Shown piece after piece: positions 1 through 7,690 of a DNA stretch of 32,000 nt. The notes beneath the pieces were generated by a model. The model searched no databases. It was not told the origin of the DNA and worked only from the letters and a program-made list of their open reading frames with translations. Position 1 is the first letter of the stretch. Each line of letters begins with the position of its first letter. The stretch is from Propionibacterium ruminifibrarum (GTDB lineage: Bacteria; Actinomycetota; Actinomycetes; Propionibacteriales; Propionibacteriaceae): NCBI RefSeq assembly GCF_900289195.1, contig NZ_OMOH01000002.1:211206-243205 (forward strand). The letters are read 5' to 3'. The position numbers were made by a program, and so were the translations under genes.

Positions 1-1541
1 TCATCACGTTCCGCACCCTGAGGACCCTCGCGATCGCCTGCGCCCGCGCCGGGCTGGTCGCCGTGCGCTTCGCCTGGCGGGGCGACGCGGACTCCCACGG
101 GCTCACCGCGGAAACCGATCCGGCCGAGGCCTGGCGCTCGGACCTGACCCGGGTGCAGCAGTACGCCGCCGGGCTCCTGCCCTCGCACCCGGTGACAACG
201 GTGGGGCTGCGCCTGGGCTGCGCCGTCGCGGCCCGCACCAGCGCGGTGGAGCACCTCATCAGCTGGGAGCCGATCGACGGACGACGCCAGCTGCGCGAGC
301 AGCAGCTGCTGCGCAGCGTCGCGGTGCAGATCGCCCCCGAACCCGGCCTCACCGAGACACCTGGCCGGCACTGGACCTCCGCCCAGGCCGCATCCCTGCG
401 AACACTGCGCCTCGAGACCGGGCCGGGCACCGAGGTGCGCGTGATCACCGAGGAGGACCGTGAGGCAACCGAACGGCTGTACGCCGTCGCCCCGCACCTG
501 TCCAGGGTGCCGTGGGCGAGGATCGGCCAGATCGTCGCGATGATCCCGCGCGGGGCCCCGGGCACCGTCGAGTTCTCACCCGCCTGGTCCGTGCGCTCCA
601 GCTGCGGCGGCACGTCGATCATCGAGGAGTTCGTGAGCGTCGACGGGCTGCCCGGCGTCCTGACCAGGCCGGCGGGCGAACCCCGGCTGGCCGTCGTCTT
701 CACCAGCATCGGCGGCGAGCCGCGCGACGGCGGCACCGGGCTGTGGGCCCAGAGCGCACGCGAACTCGCCGCCGCCGGGGCCGCCAGCCTGCGATGCGAC
801 CGCACCGACCAGGGCGACGCCTACACCGGTGTCACCGACGGCGAACCCAACCCGTTCAACGACCAGGGCGTCATGGACTGCGTCAGCGCCCTGCGCGCCA
901 TGCACCGCGCCGTGCCGGGCGTTCCGGTGATGGCCGTCGGGGCGTGCATCGGCATGTGGCTGTTCGGCCGCGCCGCCGCCCACGCGCGCATCGACCACAT
1001 GGTCGTCCTCAACCCGACGGGCTGGAATCCCAGGCCACGCCACTACCGCAAGGTCCTCGAGGGCCCCTGGCTGAAGCAGTACCTGCAGCACCTGCGCGTC
1101 GACCGTCCCCTCACCGCCGGAGCCGCCGACGACGGGTGCACGCCCTACCAGCGGGCCAAGAGGTCCGCCAAGCGAGCCCGCCTGCGCCTGCTGCAGGCCA
1201 TGCCCCGCCGTACCTGGACGGCGCTGGCCGGGCTCGGCGTCCTCGACGACGCGGCGGTCCTGCTCGGCCAGATCCCGCCGACGACGGCCGTCGAGATACA
1301 CGTCGGCGAGGACGACGCCCCGCACTGGCGCACCGAGCGCGGCGACGAGGCCGTCGCCCGCCTCGACCGGCGAGGGCGGGCCGTCACGAGCAGTGCCGAG
1401 CGGACGCTCGACCACTCGCTGCTCGCCCATGCATCGCGGGCCCGGGCGCGCCGGATCATCCTTGACGCCGCCGCGAGACTCGCGGCAGGAGGCGCCCCAG
1501 CAGCTGCCGCGCACGGGTCGGGGACGGCTCCTCGGCCTTGA
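1..1541 (+). CDS. alpha/beta-hydrolase-fold protein with two hydrolase-like halves; 5' end cut by the window edge
   Basis: The frame of ORF 63..1541 stays open back to base 3, so the gene starts upstream of the window. 'VRFAWRGDADSHG' resembles the RFDxRGxGxSxG segment of S33/exosortase-associated-type hydrolases. There are two nucleophile-elbow-like pentapeptides: GLRLG (first half, no nucleophile) and GACIG (second half, Cys codon 945..947). Assignment is by motif only. Confidence 0.4.
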   Translation, partial: ITFRTLRTLAIACARAGLVAVRFAWRGDADSHGLTAETDPAEAWRSDLTRVQQYAAGLLPSHPVTTVGLRLGCAVAARTSAVEHLISWEPIDGRRQLREQQLLRSVAVQIAPEPGLTETPGRHWTSAQAASLRTLRLETGPGTEVRVITEEDREATERLYAVAPHLSRVPWARIGQIVAMIPRGAPGTVEFSPAWSVRSSCGGTSIIEEFVSVDGLPGVLTRPAGEPRLAVVFTSIGGEPRDGGTGLWAQSARELAAAGAASLRCDRTDQGDAYTGVTDGEPNPFNDQGVMDCVSALRAMHRAVPGVPVMAVGACIGMWLFGRAAAHARIDHMVVLNPTGWNPRPRHYRKVLEGPWLKQYLQHLRVDRPLTAGAADDGCTPYQRAKRSAKRARLRLLQAMPRRTWTALAGLGVLDDAAVLLGQIPPTTAVEIHVGEDDAPHWRTERGDEAVARLDRRGRAVTSSAERTLDHSLLAHASRARARRIILDAAARLAAGGAPAAAAHGSGTAPRP

Positions 1542-2238
1542 CCGTCCGGCCCGTGCTGGGCACGTACAGGTCGTTCGTGTGCGGATGACGCCGATGGAAC
1601 CAGGCCCCGTCGACCTTCTTCCTGAAGACTGCCGGGTTGCCGGCGTACAGGCCCTCGGGACGTTCGTCCCCGCGAGGGCGCAGCATGGTGGAGCCGGCGG
1701 CCAGCACCGATCTCGCCGGCAGGTCCGCGCCGCCGAGCAGCAGGCAGCGGGTGCCGACGAAGCTGCGTTCGCCGATCGTCACCGGGTAGGCGGCCTGGGC
1801 GTCACGGCCCAGGTCGACGCTGTGCGTCAGGACGTTCGTGCCGTGGCCGGCGATCGTGGCGAAGGAACGCACGCGCACCGCGGCGGAGCAGTCGAGCTGG
1901 TGGCGGCTGAGCACCTTGGCGCCGGTCTCCAGGAAGAGGCCGTTCGGTTCCGGGTAGTGGGCCTTGTAGGTGGGGTGGGCCGAGATGAGGTTGAACTTGC
2001 CCAGCAGCGCCTCATCGGCGACCTCGACGGCGCTGAGGTGGCGGATCATGTTCCCGGCGAGCACGAGCGCGCCGTCGCCGACGGTGAACTCGTCGACGTC
2101 CCACACGAAATTCGGGGCGGCGACCGCCGCCGGGGCGACATGATGGCCCAGACGGGTCAGCAGGCGGTTCTTCGCGCCGCAGGCGGGTAACAGCCACGCC
2201 AGGGCCCTGGCCATTGTCAGGGGGCGGGTAGCGGACAT
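1456..2238 (-). CDS. hexapeptide-repeat (left-handed beta-helix) acyltransferase
   Basis: ATG at 2238 (MSATRPL...) lies inside the longer ORF 1456..3249. Imperfect hexapeptide repeats are present: '...VRVRSFATIAGHGTNVLTHSVDLGRDAQAAYPVTIGERSFVGTRCLLLGGADLPARSVLAAGS'. The start overlaps the stop of the upstream Wzy-like gene by 22 nt. It is the last gene of the leftward EPS operon. Confidence 0.6.
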   Translation of the reverse strand: MSATRPLTMARALAWLLPACGAKNRLLTRLGHHVAPAAVAAPNFVWDVDEFTVGDGALVLAGNMIRHLSAVEVADEALLGKFNLISAHPTYKAHYPEPNGLFLETGAKVLSRHQLDCSAAVRVRSFATIAGHGTNVLTHSVDLGRDAQAAYPVTIGERSFVGTRCLLLGGADLPARSVLAAGSTMLRPRGDERPEGLYAGNPAVFRKKVDGAWFHRRHPHTNDLYVPSTGRTVKAEEPSPTRARQLLGRLLPRVSRRRQG

Positions 2239-3527
2239 CCGGGGACGCTCCTCTCTGGTGTTCTGCAGCGTATCGGAGTTTCGGCGGCGGCGCCCTGGAA
2301 GAGCGGCGGCCCCGAGCCACCACCGGGGCGAGCAGGGCGGCGGGCCAGTCTCGCCTGCGCCGCGTCCACCCATGGCCGCGCGATGCGCTCGAGGACGGCC
2401 AGCGCCACCAGGAAGTCCTGGATGCGCATCGTCATGCGGGTGTTGTACTCGCAGAACTGCACTGCCGCGATGACGCCCAGGGCGATGCCGCCGGCGAGCG
2501 CCACCGGCATCGTGGCGTTCGTACTGCGTCCCAGCGAGAGCAGGCAGCACCTGGTGAGCAGGCCGAAGGCCACGACCGAGCCGACCACGCCGGCGACGCC
2601 CCACAGGGAGGCCCACTCGCCCACCGCGGAGAACGGGATGTAGGTGTGGACGCGCATCTGGTCGGCGATGTCCGGCCACCCCGCCAGGCCGGAGGGCAGC
2701 GGGTTCAGTTCGACGAGCAGGTGATCCAGGGTGATCCAGGGCACGCGCGAGCAGTAGATGAGCAGCGGGACGATGAAGGCGATGTTCTCGGCGAAGGTGC
2801 TCCCGGTCGAGGACAGATACCCCGGATCGGTCACGAGATCGGCAGTGGCATCCCAGTACGGGATGAGGCCGTGGGTCGCCTGGCCGCGGTTGTTGAGGGG
2901 GATGGGCAGGGTCAACAGGGCGAAGGCCAGGCCGCCCAGCCACGCCCACCACGCCACCCGCCGTCCCCCCATGACCCGCCCCAGCAGGTGGAGCACGACG
3001 ACGCCGCAGAGGACGCGCGTCGCCGAGCCGAACATGAACACGACCGAGACGGCGAGGAAGAGCGCACCGAGCACCGGGTGCCGCTGCCCGATCATGCCGG
3101 CCAGCATCGGCAGCAGCGGCAGGGCGGCGCCGGCGACCACGACCACCATGTGCGGCGCCGATGTCATGAGGTAGTCGGTGGCGAAGAAGAGGTACTGGCC
3201 CTTGGCCGCGGCATTCGTCACGATGACGACCAGCCCGAGCACGATCCACAGGGGCATGAGGACCGCGACGGGTTCACGGGTGCGCTCGGTGACCTCGGCC
3301 AGGGTCAGCCCCGGGCCCAGTGGCAGCGCGAGCGCGACGAGCGAGCCGACCACGATCGCGGCGACCAGACGCACGGCGGTGTCGTGGTCGTAGACCTGCC
3401 AGACGTTCACGAACGGGCCCCGCTCCCCGGGTGAGGGCCGGCGGACGGCCCACTCGGCCACCGGGAGGCAGACGAGGAAGAGGAGCCCGACGATGAGGAC
3501 CGGCAGACGGTCGATGGTCACCCTCAT
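2217..3527 (-). CDS. polytopic membrane protein, Wzy-like polysaccharide polymerase / O-antigen-ligase-like
   Basis: ORF 2217..3563. The preferred start is ATG 3527 (MRVTIDRLPVLIVG...), 4 nt after the upstream stop at 3532-3534. The protein is almost entirely hydrophobic helices with no soluble domain. It sits between the beta-helix protein and an acyltransferase in the EPS operon. The function is inferred from topology and context. Confidence 0.55.
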   Translation of the reverse strand: MRVTIDRLPVLIVGLLFLVCLPVAEWAVRRPSPGERGPFVNVWQVYDHDTAVRLVAAIVVGSLVALALPLGPGLTLAEVTERTREPVAVLMPLWIVLGLVVIVTNAAAKGQYLFFATDYLMTSAPHMVVVVAGAALPLLPMLAGMIGQRHPVLGALFLAVSVVFMFGSATRVLCGVVVLHLLGRVMGGRRVAWWAWLGGLAFALLTLPIPLNNRGQATHGLIPYWDATADLVTDPGYLSSTGSTFAENIAFIVPLLIYCSRVPWITLDHLLVELNPLPSGLAGWPDIADQMRVHTYIPFSAVGEWASLWGVAGVVGSVVAFGLLTRCCLLSLGRSTNATMPVALAGGIALGVIAAVQFCEYNTRMTMRIQDFLVALAVLERIARPWVDAAQARLARRPARPGGGSGPPLFQGAAAETPIRCRTPERSVPGCPLPAP

Positions 3528-3531
3528 GGGG

Positions 3532-4893
3532 TCAGCCGATCCGGGTGACGATGTCGCCGGCATTGCAGAAGACGATGTCCTCGACGCCCTGGACGGGCCC
3601 GATCTTCGTCCGGATGGTCTCGCTCGGGGACTGGCGGAAGGCCAGCACGCAGTCGGGCGAGCCGCCCGAGATGGTGATGGGCCCGATGTAGCAGTCCAGG
3701 ATGTTCGGGGTCGCGGACACGACGGCGCCCTCGTAGCCGCCGCTGTTCCCGGCGAAGTTGCACCCGGTGATGGTGTGTCCTGCGATGTACCCGCTCGAGA
3801 TGGCGTCGGAGGGCATCGCCCGGGCGAAGTCGTCGCCGTCCTGGTCCAGGTAGGCGATGCGCAGGTCGGAGCTGTCGGCGAACTCGTTGCCGAACTTGTT
3901 GGCGTCCACGAGCAGGCCCGAACCGGCGTTCACGGCCTTGTCGCCAGGCACGATCCACACCGCGACCCGGTTGGACCCCGAGCTGGTCTGGACGAAGTCG
4001 TTGTTCTGGATGTGCGCGTTGTTCCCGCCGCGACCCAGCTTGATGTGCACGCGGTTGTTGACGAAGGCGTTGTCCGAGATCGTCGTGCCGTCCGTCAGGC
4101 CCGGCAGGGCGACGGCGATCGAGTTCTCGGAGCCGGCCGCCGAGAAGTAGTTCTGGGTGATCTTCCAGTAGGGCATGTCCGAGGAGGCATGGCAGATCGC
4201 GTTCTCCTCGTAGCCGACGAAACGGCAGTTGCGCACGACGTGCATGGTCGTCACGTTCGCGCCCCGGTACCGGTTGCGGATGACGGCCCGCCCGCCGGTG
4301 AAGCTGATGCCCTCCACGAACAGCGAGCCCCACTGCTGGTCGGAGTCGATGAGGTAGTCCGCGTCGATGGTGATGAAGGTGCGGCCGGCGCCCAGGCCGC
4401 GCAGCACCGGCGACGACACGTCGATGCCGGAGCCCCGGTAGACGAAGGCGCCCTCGCCGAGGGTCAGTCCCTCGCGCACCGCACGCTCGATGGTCTCGGT
4501 GTCGTCGACGCCGGTGGCCGTCAGCCCCTCGCCGGTCACCGGGGCGTACTCGGGTTCGTCGGGCGCCCCCGGCGTCGTGGCCGGTTCCGACGACTCGGTG
4601 GCCTCGGCGCTCTGCTCGCCGTCGGGCCGGGCATCGGAGCCGCCCGGCTCGGGCGCATCCGTGCCCGTTGCGGGAGCCGACTGCTCGATGCCGGCCGACT
4701 CCTGGCCGGCGGGCGTCGTGGCGCCCGAGGCGGACAGCCCGGGCACGCCGCCGGGAGCGGACGATCCAGGCGGGGCGGTTCCTTCACCCGTGCCCGAACG
4801 GGCCGGCGAGTTCTGGGTGCCGCAGCCGGTCGTACCGAGAGCGACGGCACCGGCCGCCCCGGCTCCGAGGAAGAATCGTCGAGAAGTCTTCAT
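3532..4893 (-). CDS. secreted right-handed beta-helix (pectin-lyase-fold) protein with a Tat signal and lipobox-like Cys; WcaM-like architecture
   Basis: The N-terminus 'MKTSRRFFLGAGAAGAVALGTTGC' carries a twin-arginine motif, an h-region and a Cys. About 110 aa of Pro/Ser/Gly/Glu/Thr-rich linker follow. After that come repetitive N/G/V/I-rich coils ('VRNCRFVG', 'ISDNAFVNNRVHI', 'HIQNNDFV', 'ITGCNFAGN') typical of parallel beta-helix repeats. The start is ATGA-coupled to the upstream gene (4890-4893). Confidence 0.6.
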   Translation of the reverse strand: MKTSRRFFLGAGAAGAVALGTTGCGTQNSPARSGTGEGTAPPGSSAPGGVPGLSASGATTPAGQESAGIEQSAPATGTDAPEPGGSDARPDGEQSAEATESSEPATTPGAPDEPEYAPVTGEGLTATGVDDTETIERAVREGLTLGEGAFVYRGSGIDVSSPVLRGLGAGRTFITIDADYLIDSDQQWGSLFVEGISFTGGRAVIRNRYRGANVTTMHVVRNCRFVGYEENAICHASSDMPYWKITQNYFSAAGSENSIAVALPGLTDGTTISDNAFVNNRVHIKLGRGGNNAHIQNNDFVQTSSGSNRVAVWIVPGDKAVNAGSGLLVDANKFGNEFADSSDLRIAYLDQDGDDFARAMPSDAISSGYIAGHTITGCNFAGNSGGYEGAVVSATPNILDCYIGPITISGGSPDCVLAFRQSPSETIRTKIGPVQGVEDIVFCNAGDIVTRIG

Positions 4894-5582
4894 GAGAGTG
4901 TCACAACCTCCTGGTGGTCTGTCGGGTTGTCTGGGAGCGGGCCGCGGCGGGGCTGGGAGACGTCCGGCCCGCCGTGCCGGACGGATTCTGCGAGCGAGGC
5001 GATGACGGCGCCGAGGACGAGACCGGCGAGCAGACCGACGAGGCCATCGGTCACGGGATCGGCACTGGTCTCGGTGACCGCGTCTGCGCCGTCCTGGATG
5101 GTGACCGTCTTGAGCGCCGGGTCGCCCGAGCTCTGCTTCATGCCGGAGTCGATGATCTCCTCGCCGAGCACCTCGACGGTGGTGTTGGCCAGTTCAACGG
5201 CCCGGTCCGGGTCGTCGGCGGTGGCGGTGACCTCGACGATCGAGGTGTTCAGCGGGACGGTGGCGCTGAGCCGCCCGGCCAGGTCGGCGGCGGGCTGGTG
5301 CAGGCCGAGACGGTCGTTGACCTCGTTGAGGACGACCCCTGAGGTGGCCAGCGCCGAGTAGGTGCCCATCGAGTTGGAGATCATGGTGGGCACCGTGGAC
5401 TGGTAGGTCTGGTCTGCGCCCTCGGCCGGGTCGGCGGCACCGACCAGCACGGAGGCGGTCGAGGAGTAGCTGGGGGTGCTCAGTGCGGCCCGGCCGGCAC
5501 CGACGAGCGCCCCCAGGATCGCGATGACGAGGACGATCCACCAGTACACGCGCAGGGCGTGGAGGATTCGCGGGGTCTTCAC
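4890..5582 (-). CDS. Wzz/PCP-type polysaccharide co-polymerase (chain-length determinant) without a kinase domain
   Basis: GTG start at 5582 is preceded by AAGGAG. The topology is an N-terminal TM ('WWIVLVIAILGALVG'), an extracytoplasmic segment of roughly 130 aa and a C-terminal TM ('GLVGLLAGLVLGAVIA'). No Walker-type BY-kinase domain is present. Confidence 0.55.
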   Translation of the reverse strand: MKTPRILHALRVYWWIVLVIAILGALVGAGRAALSTPSYSSTASVLVGAADPAEGADQTYQSTVPTMISNSMGTYSALATSGVVLNEVNDRLGLHQPAADLAGRLSATVPLNTSIVEVTATADDPDRAVELANTTVEVLGEEIIDSGMKQSSGDPALKTVTIQDGADAVTETSADPVTDGLVGLLAGLVLGAVIASLAESVRHGGPDVSQPRRGPLPDNPTDHQEVVTLS

Positions 5583-5619
5583 TGTTCGGCTCCTTCGGTC
5601 GTGTGGCGGAGAGCGCGCA

Positions 5620-6210
5620 TCACCGGCACTCCCCCATGGCGATGGCCTTGATGAAGGCGAGGCCCTGGTAGGCGAACTGGTAGGCCCAGCCCAGGGGCGT
5701 CATGGCCGCGTCGTAGGACCAGACGGTGACCGGTCCCCCCGCACACTGGCCCATGACGTAGCGGGTCCGGCTCACGTGGGGACGGGTCGTCAGCACGATG
5801 ACCCGGTCCCAGCCCCGCTCGCCGCGCCAGCGCGCCAGCTGTGCCGCCTCGCCCCTCGTCGTGGAGGGATCGGGCTCGAAGCAGGTCACCGGATAGGGGT
5901 GCTCCTCGGCGCAGAACGAGGTGCTCGGCTCGGGCCGGAACACCGAGCCGAGCACCGGGGTGGACACGACCAGCTCGTCGGCGACACCGTCGTTCATGAG
6001 CTGCAGGGCGTAGGCGACACGGCCGCTGTCGTGCGGGCCCAGGACGAACAGCACGTCCGCATGGCCGGGCGCCGTCTCATGGCGGGGGAAGGCGACGAGA
6101 CGGATGTCGAGAACGCCCAGGACGAGTACGAGGACGACGACCAGGAGCCACAGAACCCGGCCGAGGCGTCCCGGCCCCCGGCCTCCCGGCCTGCTGCGCT
6201 GTCCGCTCAT
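5620..6210 (-). CDS. DUF218 / YdcF-ElyC-like membrane-anchored protein
   Basis: An N-terminal TM ('VLWLLVVVLVLVLGVL') is followed by a small Rossmann-like domain ('ADVLFVLGPHD...DELVVS...RVIVLTTRPHVSRT'). The start ATG 6210 is ATGA-coupled to the flippase stop (6207-6210). Confidence 0.5.
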   Translation of the reverse strand: MSGQRSRPGGRGPGRLGRVLWLLVVVLVLVLGVLDIRLVAFPRHETAPGHADVLFVLGPHDSGRVAYALQLMNDGVADELVVSTPVLGSVFRPEPSTSFCAEEHPYPVTCFEPDPSTTRGEAAQLARWRGERGWDRVIVLTTRPHVSRTRYVMGQCAGGPVTVWSYDAAMTPLGWAYQFAYQGLAFIKAIAMGECR

Positions 6211-7445
6211 GATCGCGGCACCTCCGCGGCGGGTTCCTCGCCGGCTCCGGCGATGTCGGGACGCACGCCCACGTACTCGTCGAGGATGCGTACGAGCATC
6301 GAGACGACCACACCGATCAGGGCGCCCGCAGCGCCCCAGACATGGACGCCGGCCGCGACCATGGCGGTGGCCAGCAGGCCGCTGGCCACGTTGGCGCGGG
6401 TGATGCGGCGCAGCCGGCCGAAGGCGGTCAGGACGGCGCGGCTGAGGACCGTCTCGTAGGTGCCGAGTGCCACGAACAGGGCCATGAGCACGGTGATGAG
6501 GGCGTCCGGGCGGATCACCCCGTCACCGAGGTAGTCGGTGAGGAACGGCCCGAGAATGATGACGGCGACGAGGATGAGTGCGCCCATCGGGATCATGGCG
6601 AGCAGGGCCCGGCGTCCGCGACTGCGCCGGTCCCCGCGCGGCACCCAGCCCTGCATGACCGTGGACAGCGGGGTGAGGGCCACCGTGATCTGGCGCTGCA
6701 CCCTGTCGACGAAGGCGAACATCGGACGGGCCGCCGGGTTGACGAACGAGACGATCACCATCGGCAGCGACAGGACGACGGCGTTCGTGATCGACGCCGC
6801 CACACCGTCGAACTTCTCGCGCAGCACGACATGGACCGGGCGCACCGCACGCGCGACGGCGCCCTCACGGCGCAGCCTGGCCAGGATGTGGACGGTGCTG
6901 AACACGACGGCCGCGGCGATCCCCAGGCACTGGCAGCTCGTGCCGACGACGGCGCTGGCGCCGGAAGTGTTCATGACGAACCAGCCGGTCATCGTGCCGG
7001 CGACCCGCGGAAGGGTCTCGACCAGGAGGAACCAGTAGGGCGCCATGATGCCCACGAAGTACCACTGGCCGCTCATGCCGACGAGGGCCTGGGCGAGAGC
7101 GCCGATCGCGCCGAAGACGCGGAGTCCGGGACCGGCGACGACGGCGCCGATGAGGCAGCAGGCCAGGCAGACCGGCAGACACAGGAACAGGCGGGCACGC
7201 ATCGCCTCGACGTACTCGGCGCGGCGCCCGTCGGCATCGGCGCGGGCGATGATCGCCGGCCCGGCCATGCCCCAGCCGTAGCCGATGACGACGGCACCGA
7301 CCGCCCCGATGACCTGACCCGCGCTGAGGGCGCCGTAGGCCACGTCCCCAGAAGCCCGGATAAGAGCAGGGATGACCATGAGGGATGCCAGCGCCAACAG
7401 GATCATCGACAGCCCGTAGCCGATGGCCTTGGATGCACCTCGCAT
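6207..7445 (-). CDS. Wzx-like (MOP superfamily) polysaccharide flippase
   Basis: ATG at 7445 is preceded by GAGGAG. The 412-aa protein is made almost entirely of TM helices. Its N-terminus 'SKAIGYGLSMILLALASLMVIPALIRA' is typical of polysaccharide-biosynthesis/flippase proteins. It is the first gene of the leftward operon. Confidence 0.6.
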   Translation of the reverse strand: MRGASKAIGYGLSMILLALASLMVIPALIRASGDVAYGALSAGQVIGAVGAVVIGYGWGMAGPAIIARADADGRRAEYVEAMRARLFLCLPVCLACCLIGAVVAGPGLRVFGAIGALAQALVGMSGQWYFVGIMAPYWFLLVETLPRVAGTMTGWFVMNTSGASAVVGTSCQCLGIAAAVVFSTVHILARLRREGAVARAVRPVHVVLREKFDGVAASITNAVVLSLPMVIVSFVNPAARPMFAFVDRVQRQITVALTPLSTVMQGWVPRGDRRSRGRRALLAMIPMGALILVAVIILGPFLTDYLGDGVIRPDALITVLMALFVALGTYETVLSRAVLTAFGRLRRITRANVASGLLATAMVAAGVHVWGAAGALIGVVVSMLVRILDEYVGVRPDIAGAGEEPAAEVPRS

Positions 7446-7690
7446 GCGGGAACTCCTCGCCCAGCTGCGCTCACCGACGCGATCAGGGGGTGGTAGGGGA
7501 TGGAATCAGGGGTGAGATCGGACAGCGCCCGGGGACCATTGAGAGGTGGCCCGGGAACGATCCGTGCGCCATGTTAGCGCCTCTATTTCTTAGAAAATCA
7601 TATGTACTGCATGCATTCGACAACGCAACCTGAGAAGGCTGTGTAAAACCATTGAGTGCATGGGCCGAGCCGAGGAGTCACCCCGCCATC
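7446..7690. promoter_or_regulatory. divergent promoter region of the two EPS operons, containing the only AT-rich island in the window
   Basis: This non-coding gap lies between the divergent starts at 7445 (-) and 7691 (+). Segment 7571-7660 is conspicuously AT-rich ('ctctatttcttagaaaatcatatgtactgcatgcattcgac...gtgtaaaaccattgag'). It includes the 8-bp palindrome TGCATGCA at 7608-7615. No promoter hexamers could be assigned with confidence. Confidence 0.45.

Noticed and set aside
2239-3249. Upstream part of ORF 1456..3249 (597 aa)
   Set aside because: It overlaps the Wzy-like membrane gene in another frame and is Arg/Pro/Gly-rich. The hexapeptide acyltransferase homology starts at ATG 2238.
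3493-5361. 622-aa ORF on the + strand
   Set aside because: It is antisense to the beta-helix lipoprotein and Wzz-like genes, both of which have coherent signal, TM and repeat features. Its composition is typical of a shadow ORF.
7489-7497. ops/JUMPstart-like GGTGGTAGG in the EPS divergent region
   Set aside because: It is only a partial match to GGCGGTAG. It lies upstream of the likely + strand promoter patch, so it would not be in the rightward transcript. RfaH-ops is a proteobacterial system.
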